Shown in pieces: positions 27,436 to 32,446 of a stretch of 32,446 nt of DNA. The notes beneath the pieces were generated by a model. That model saw only the letters and a program-made list of their open reading frames with translations, was not told where the DNA came from and searched no databases. The position numbers and the translations under genes are program-made. The first letter of the stretch is position 1, and each line of letters starts with the position of its first letter. Where the stretch lies: IMG/VR virus record IMGVR_UViG_3300005739_000035, positions 1 to 32,446 of that record. One strand, written 5' to 3'. The stretch is from a virus. Taxonomy: Duplodnaviria; Caudoviricetes.

Positions 27436-28863
27436 ATGGCACAGGCTCCACAGCTTAACGACTCGCAACTCAATCTCCTTGCTAAAATCGCCTCCAATAC
27501 AGGCGAGACGCAACCCAAGCACGGAGACGGGCAGCACAACCTGCTGTTCAAGATTGCGCAGAATACCTACGCAAGTGCGGTAAACGGGGCTAACATTGAT
27601 ATCTCTGATGTTAACGGGCTTCAGTCTGCGCTAGATGCGAAGGTCGCATCGTCTGACCCGAATTACATTCTTGTAAAACCGACAGACAATCTTGCTGAAA
27701 AGTATTCTCAGATTAAGAATTATACGCCATCAACTTCATCTTCGCTATTGAATGGGTTGTTGGCTTTTTACAATTTAAGCGATACTTCAGATGCTTCTGG
27801 AAATGGAAATACTCTGACCAATAATGGCGGTGTAGCTTTTTCTAATGGTAAAGTTGGAAATGCAGCAACATTTGATGGAACAAATTATTTTACTACAGAT
27901 ATAGAAAACACGGCAAAAACAGTATCTGCTTGGGTTAAAACAACATCGACTGAATCATTCAATGTAATTTTTGAAAATTCTAATCAGCAATTGCAGTTTG
28001 TAGATACGGGGGAATTGCGCGTTAATGGAATTGAAGGAGAGGAGCTTGCTGGAAGCGGTGTTAATGATGGAAATTGGCATCATTGCGTTTTTGTTTTAGA
28101 TGAGTCTCAAAATTACATTTATTTAGACAATCAAAAATTTACGCTATCTACAAGTTATGCAAATGCTGGATCAGGACTTGCATATATGGGTTCCTCTGGT
28201 GGGATTTTTGATTATTGGGAAGGTCAATTAGATGCGCTTGGGGTTTGGGGGCGCGCGCTCACAGATGCCGAGGTCACCGCACTCTACAATGCAGGACACG
28301 GTATCGAACATCCATTCTTCCGCAGCGCAACAAATCGCGGAACGATGTTTATTGTCCCAGGAACCTACTCGCTATCTTCCGAGCTAGCGATTGATGCAGA
28401 GTATGTAGACATCGTAGGACTCGGCGCACAGTTCCAATCCCCCGCAGTTATTGTCACCAATAACACGCTGAATGTTACAGCGAACGATGTGCGTGTGAGT
28501 GGGATTTCTGTTGGGTCGCAAGAGTTTAAGATTGGAAGCGATAAGCCGCTGCAAGTGTTTGAGAATTGCGTTGGTGGGAATAATAGCTTTGGTGGCGGTG
28601 GTATATTTGAAGTTAATGGAACATTTAATTCCTGTGTTGCTGGAGATGAAAGTTTTGGTTTTGAAAATGATTTTATCGGTAAATGTAAAAATTGCGTAGC
28701 TGGAATAAATAGTTTTGGAGGAGGCGGTGGTTACTTTGGCGGTGAACTCATCTCATGCCGTCTTATCGGGGCGGGCGCGAGCTATCCAACCCCATCAGGC
28801 TCCGGCATCATCCGCTTCTGCCTAGACGGAGACAACAACATCGTAAACGCAGACGCACCTTAA
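27436..28863 (+). CDS. Fibre/decoration protein with LamG (concanavalin A-like) domain and beta-solenoid C-terminus
   Basis: GLLAFYNL...DASGNGNTLTN, TVSAWVK, DGNWHHCV, GQLDALGVWGRALTDAEVTALYNAG are LamG motifs; C-terminal NCVxGxxSFG repeats as in ORF 1-1134. Confidence 0.8.
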   Translation: MAQAPQLNDSQLNLLAKIASNTGETQPKHGDGQHNLLFKIAQNTYASAVNGANIDISDVNGLQSALDAKVASSDPNYILVKPTDNLAEKYSQIKNYTPSTSSSLLNGLLAFYNLSDTSDASGNGNTLTNNGGVAFSNGKVGNAATFDGTNYFTTDIENTAKTVSAWVKTTSTESFNVIFENSNQQLQFVDTGELRVNGIEGEELAGSGVNDGNWHHCVFVLDESQNYIYLDNQKFTLSTSYANAGSGLAYMGSSGGIFDYWEGQLDALGVWGRALTDAEVTALYNAGHGIEHPFFRSATNRGTMFIVPGTYSLSSELAIDAEYVDIVGLGAQFQSPAVIVTNNTLNVTANDVRVSGISVGSQEFKIGSDKPLQVFENCVGGNNSFGGGGIFEVNGTFNSCVAGDESFGFENDFIGKCKNCVAGINSFGGGGGYFGGELISCRLIGAGASYPTPSGSGIIRFCLDGDNNIVNADAP

Positions 28864-28868
28864 CAAGT

Positions 28869-29102
28869 ATGAAAGTCATTTACAACGGACGAGTTGTCGA
28901 ACAAAAAGGAATCGTAGACACGAGTAGCATCCCGTCTCAATTTGACGATGTTGTTACATACCAAACTGTTTCCGATTTTCCCGCCACAGGAGAGAAGGGA
29001 AAGATTTACTTTGAAGAAGAGCAAGGTCTTCCCTATCTGTGGAATGCCGCGCAAAACAATTATATCCCACTCAGAGTTGACAACGACGGCGGGGAGTTTT
29101 AA
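28869..29102 (+). CDS. Small virion protein with fibre motif and C-terminal DGGEF
   Basis: Start at ATG 28869. DDVVTY...FPATGEKGKIY...YLWN is a recurrent phage fibre motif. Confidence 0.65.
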   Translation: MKVIYNGRVVEQKGIVDTSSIPSQFDDVVTYQTVSDFPATGEKGKIYFEEEQGLPYLWNAAQNNYIPLRVDNDGGEF

Positions 29103-29111
29103 AACAACGAC

Positions 29112-29152
29112 ACTTTCGCAAGGAAGGGTTGGAGCCAAGTAACTCCAACTTT
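29112..29152 (+). other. Tandem intergenic hairpins (weak terminator or processing site)
   Basis: CTTTC-GCAA-GGAAG and GGTTGGAG-N8-CTCCAACT followed by only a short T run. Confidence 0.4.
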
Positions 29153-29181
29153 AAACAAACAACAAAGAAAGAAATAATAAT

Positions 29182-30066
29182 ATGGCTACTAATATCCGTA
29201 TCAAACGCCGCCTCTCTGGCGCGGCTGGCGCTCCTGGCGCTCTGCTCGCTGGTGAGTTGGCACACAACTTCGTAGACGAGAAGCTCTACATCGGCAACGG
29301 CACTTCCATCGAAGTCATCGGTGGTAAAGGCGCGTTCGTTGACAAAGCTTCTGCGCAGACCATCACTGGGAAGAAAACCTTCTCTGGTGGTATTGACGCT
29401 GGTTCCGTGGTTATCGAGAACGTTGCTACCCCCGTTGCCTCGACGGATGCGGCTTCTAAGGGCTACGTAGACACCGCTATCAGCAACGTCATCGACGCTG
29501 CTCCCGAGGCGCTCAACACGCTGAACGAACTCGCCGCTGCTCTCAACGACGACGCTAACTTCGCCTCGACTGTGGCGAACAGCCTTTCGTCAATTGAGGG
29601 AGACATTACGGCGATTGAGTCTGCTGCTACTACCCTGACTGGTCGTGTTGACACCGCCGAGTCCGACATCGACGCCTTGGAGACCCGCGCTACCAATGTC
29701 GAGGGTCGCGCCACCACCCTTGAAGGTGAGATGGATGCCGCCGAAGGTCGCCTTGATGTGGTTGAGTCCGACATCGCCGCTATCGAGTCCAGCGCCTCCA
29801 CTCTGGAAGGCCGCGTCACGACTGCCGAGTCCGACATTGATGCCCTTGAAGGCCGCGCCACTACGCTTGAGAGCGATGTGGACGCCGCTGAAGGACGCCT
29901 CGACACCGCTGAGTCCGACATTACCGCAGCCGAAGGACGCCTTGATACCGCCGAAAGCGACATCGACGCCATTGAAGGACGCGCTACCAGCCTTGAGACT
30001 GATGTTGCGGATCACGAATCCCGCATCGCCGCTCTTGAAGGCGAGATTGACGGCGGAAGCTTCTAA
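29182..30066 (+). CDS. Coiled-coil fibre protein
   Basis: N-terminal IRIKR...GELA...KLYIG domain, DAASKGYVD and APEALNTLNELAAALNDDANF fibre motifs, 14-aa repeats LEGRxxTAESDIDA, terminal IDGGSF. Confidence 0.8.
   Translation: MATNIRIKRRLSGAAGAPGALLAGELAHNFVDEKLYIGNGTSIEVIGGKGAFVDKASAQTITGKKTFSGGIDAGSVVIENVATPVASTDAASKGYVDTAISNVIDAAPEALNTLNELAAALNDDANFASTVANSLSSIEGDITAIESAATTLTGRVDTAESDIDALETRATNVEGRATTLEGEMDAAEGRLDVVESDIAAIESSASTLEGRVTTAESDIDALEGRATTLESDVDAAEGRLDTAESDITAAEGRLDTAESDIDAIEGRATSLETDVADHESRIAALEGEIDGGSF
29590..30045 (+). repeat. Degenerate 42-bp coding tandem repeats (two heptads each)
   Basis: GACACCGCCGAGTCCGACATCGACGCC-like units at about 29650, 29820, 29902 and 29944. Confidence 0.8.
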
Positions 30067-30076
30067 TTGAAGGATC

Positions 30077-30451
30077 GTGCCGACCACGATTAAACTGAAA
30101 CGGTCAAGTGTCGCAGGGCGAACCCCTGCGGCACAAGACCTAGAAGCTGGAGAGCTTGCGATTAACCTAGTTGACCGCAGGCTTTACAGCAAAGACGATA
30201 GCGGCGAGGTGTTCCGGCTTGCAAGGCCGCGTGATCCCTCGCTCTATCTTTTTCTATCCGCTACCAGCGCGGACGGTCTGACGCTATACATCGGGAGACT
30301 AGCTTGGGAAGACTACCCTAGCGAGGGAGATGCCGAAGATTCAAATGACTGGACAATTTACAAAACAACAATAGACTCTGCGGGAGAAATCCTAACGGAG
30401 ACAAGCGCAACAGGTGCTTGGTCCGACAGGGAAACATTAAGCTACACATGA
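30077..30451 (+). CDS. Small fibre-associated protein
   Basis: N-terminal IKLKRS...P...LEAGELAIN..D.RLY domain paralogous to 29182; C-terminal YIG...WTIY domain paralogous to the last ORF. Confidence 0.7.
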   Translation: MPTTIKLKRSSVAGRTPAAQDLEAGELAINLVDRRLYSKDDSGEVFRLARPRDPSLYLFLSATSADGLTLYIGRLAWEDYPSEGDAEDSNDWTIYKTTIDSAGEILTETSATGAWSDRETLSYT

Positions 30452-30852
30452 TTGGCATTCCTATTTCACAAGACACCGCAGGAACAAGGTCGTTTGTTTT
30501 GCGCAATAGCACTACAAACAACACGCCAACAGAGTTGTTTTTAGATGGATCAAGTTCTCGTTTCACAATACCTAGCGGCAAGGCGTATTCATTTTTAATC
30601 AACATTATTGGTTCGCAGGACGACGGAAGCAGCGTTGCCAACTATGTCCGCCAGTTTGCAATCAAGAATGTTGGTGGAACGACAAGCGCGGTATTTGGCC
30701 CTGTTCAAATTGGATCGGATAATCCATCAGGAACAGTTGTTGATGTAAGCGCAGACAACACGAACGATTCTCTCAAAATCACAGTCACAGGAATCACTTC
30801 CGAAAACTGGGAGTGGAAGGCATATTGCCAAGGAGTGGAATTGGAATACTAA
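30448..30852 (+). CDS. Beta-rich virion protein (fibre-tip-like)
   Basis: ATGA overlap at 30448; 134 aa beta-rich, TTNNTPTELFLDG...ADNTNDSLKITVTG...W. Confidence 0.6.
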   Translation: MIGIPISQDTAGTRSFVLRNSTTNNTPTELFLDGSSSRFTIPSGKAYSFLINIIGSQDDGSSVANYVRQFAIKNVGGTTSAVFGPVQIGSDNPSGTVVDVSADNTNDSLKITVTGITSENWEWKAYCQGVELEY

Positions 30853-30858
30853 AGATAT

Positions 30859-31230
30859 ATGGCAAACGAACTTAACATCGCGCTCGCTACCAGCGGGCTT
30901 ACAGTCACAGCGCAACGCTATCAAGGCGGGGCGGCAGTCGGTTCCGCAATCTCGCTGACAGAAGTCGGTTCTTCCGGCTTCTATTCGGGGAATATGACAG
31001 GCTCTGCTGGCACTTATCAGATTGCGTTTATTGCGAGCAGCACGAATGTAGGATCTGGTGAGATTATCTGGGACGGCACGAACGAGGTTCCTGTCTCCAC
31101 TCTTACGGCTGCTGGTGTTTGGGATACCCAGACATCCGCTTTAACTACCAGCGGTGCTATCGGAACCCGCCTCAAGAACTCTTCGACTGTCGCAACAACT
31201 GGAGCGCAGCTTGCCGCCGCGTTGAGCTAA
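30859..31230 (+). CDS. Putative virion structural protein
   Basis: 123 aa, A/G/S/T-rich, Ig-like beta pattern (LTEVGSSGFY...AGTY) and an AAGVWD...SGAIG motif. Confidence 0.55.
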   Translation: MANELNIALATSGLTVTAQRYQGGAAVGSAISLTEVGSSGFYSGNMTGSAGTYQIAFIASSTNVGSGEIIWDGTNEVPVSTLTAAGVWDTQTSALTTSGAIGTRLKNSSTVATTGAQLAAALS

Positions 31231-31595
31231 TGCGTATCGTTGCCCCGCTGATCGCCTTATTGTTGGCGGGGTGCGCCACGAATCCCCCAGTAGACCAGCC
31301 TTACTTCGCAGGGAAGTATCGGAACGCTTGTTTGCCCGAAGCTATTGCGATGACGCAGGCTTTGCGGCAGAGCGGTATCCAAGCTAGGGTGCTGACGATC
31401 TACACACCGAAGTTCGGTCACGCTGTCTGCGTGTATATGTATCCGCCTGGGCAGAACCAGTTGTGGGTCTGGGACTCGCATTGGAAGAGCGTGAATCTGC
31501 GGGCGTGGTATGACGATCCAGACAGCATAGCCAAGGCGTGGTTGAACTGGGCGCATCCGACCATCAAAGAATACCGAGCATTGTTTAGAGACTGA
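31230..31595 (+). CDS. Lipoprotein with transglutaminase/papain-like Cys-His-Asp fold
   Basis: Start at ATG 31230 (TAATG overlap). Signal MRIVAPLIALLLAG-C with a lipobox; NACLPEA...ALRQSGIQARVL...GHAVCVY...LWVWD. Confidence 0.7.
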   Translation: MRIVAPLIALLLAGCATNPPVDQPYFAGKYRNACLPEAIAMTQALRQSGIQARVLTIYTPKFGHAVCVYMYPPGQNQLWVWDSHWKSVNLRAWYDDPDSIAKAWLNWAHPTIKEYRALFRD

Positions 31596-31597
31596 AT

Positions 31598-31616
31598 TTG
31601 CTTGTTCAACAATAAC
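31598..31616 (+). promoter_or_regulatory. Degenerate copy of the palindromic operator
   Basis: TGCTTGT-TCA-ACAATAA at 31599-31615 in an AT-rich intergenic gap. Confidence 0.5.
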
Positions 31617-31650
31617 TAATGACTTAACTCTAAAGGTAAGGACTACAAGT

Positions 31651-31908
31651 ATGGCAGCACTTCCACAACTAGGCGACGGGCAGAACAATCTGCTCCGCAA
31701 GATTACCGAGAACACCTACCAAGGTTCGCTCTCGGTGCAAGGGTTTGCCATCCCACCGTTCGACGAGATCGAGCTTTCCTATTACGGCAGCACAAACAAC
31801 ATCGCTCAAGTCAATTACAAGAAGAGCGGAGCTAGCGTAAAAGTTCTTACCTTAACCTATGTCGGAGGAGGCGTTGCGGACAACGACAGGATCGCAACGA
31901 TTGGCTGA
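31651..31908 (+). CDS. Small virion protein sharing its N-terminal motif with 27436
   Basis: PQLGDGQNNLLRKITENTY versus PKHGDGQHNLLFKIAQNTY; RBS AAGG. Confidence 0.7.
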   Translation: MAALPQLGDGQNNLLRKITENTYQGSLSVQGFAIPPFDEIELSYYGSTNNIAQVNYKKSGASVKVLTLTYVGGGVADNDRIATIG

Positions 31909-32446
31909 TGGCTTGGGTCTTCAATCCTTTTAGCGGCAAGCTGGACTTCGCAGGAGGCGGGGGAGGCTCGCAGTATATCGACGGCGAGGTTCAATACTAC
32001 GCCGACCTTCCTATTACTGTTGGCGATCCCGCAGTCAACTCAGCTTATCTTGTGCGCGAGGCGTCCGGCACTTGGTTTATCGGACGCAAGCCTGCTGGCA
32101 TCTACGTGCGACTTGCGAATGCGGGTGCGCTGACGGACTGGACATACGCGGGGACATTCCCAGACGTCTTCTCGGATGCGAACTTCACGATCTACAACGA
32201 CGCAAACTCTTCAAAGGAAGTTCAGTTCGACGCATCCCTTGTCAGCAACGCAACGACAAGAACACTGACAGTTCCCGATGCGAGCGGAACAATCAAGCTC
32301 TCGGAAGAAGTTCGCAGCGACTTTGTTACAGATACAGCCTACATCGGGCTGGCTCCTCTCGGCTCTGCGGAATCCGCGAATGTGTGGACAATCTACAGAA
32401 TTATCATTGATTCCGAAGGCAATATCACTTCTACTACCACCGCAAC
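31908..32446 (+). CDS. Fibre-associated protein, 3'-truncated (not in the ORF track)
   Basis: TGATG overlap. Hand translation MAWVFNPFSGKLDFAGGGGGSQYIDGEV...TRTLTVPDASGT...DTAYIGLAPLGSAESANVWTIYRII stays open to the window end. Confidence 0.75.
   Translation, partial: MAWVFNPFSGKLDFAGGGGGSQYIDGEVQYYADLPITVGDPAVNSAYLVREASGTWFIGRKPAGIYVRLANAGALTDWTYAGTFPDVFSDANFTIYNDANSSKEVQFDASLVSNATTRTLTVPDASGTIKLSEEVRSDFVTDTAYIGLAPLGSAESANVWTIYRIIIDSEGNITSTTTA

Noticed and set aside
1-28863. Diversity-generating retroelement template/variable repeat pair between paralogous fibre genes
   Set aside because: Similarity is protein-level with differences at all bases, not adenine-specific; no reverse transcriptase in the window.
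29590-30045. CRISPR-like array
   Set aside because: Repeats are degenerate, in frame and coding, with no unique spacers; the same holds for 1210-2250.
29463-30087. Long alternative-frame and antisense ORFs over the coiled-coil fibre
   Set aside because: By-products of GC-rich repeats lacking stop codons.
32072-32410. 112-aa ORF from the track
   Set aside because: Out of frame with the coupled open frame from 31908 that carries recognisable fibre motifs.

Overview
The window is the virion-morphogenesis region of a tailed dsDNA phage or prophage. No tape-measure or sheath gene is recognisable and there are large internal-protein-like ORFs, so it is probably podovirus-like; the host cannot be determined. 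Order: partial beta-helix fibre gene and a YadA-repeat fibre (1-2904); two charged ejection-like proteins and a 2770-aa multidomain protein with a SAM-methyltransferase and an HExxH zincin domain (2957-13382); a translationally coupled run of a Cys-rich protein, four glycosyltransferase-like genes and a methyltransferase (13382-18209); a lone reverse-strand terminase large subunit (18206-20023); a 52-aa ribbon-helix-helix-like ORF missed by the ORF track, a hypothetical and another GT-like gene; portal, scaffold and major capsid protein (21538-27037); and a set of small fibre/decoration genes that share short motifs, plus a transglutaminase-like lipoprotein (27117-end). Non-coding signals read directly: a 17-bp palindrome TTATTGT-N3-ACAATAA recurring at operon starts, three promoters with 16-bp spacers, a structured leader before the capsid gene, and a tRNA-minihelix-shaped hairpin after it. 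All product calls come from motif reading and gene context; no database searches were run.
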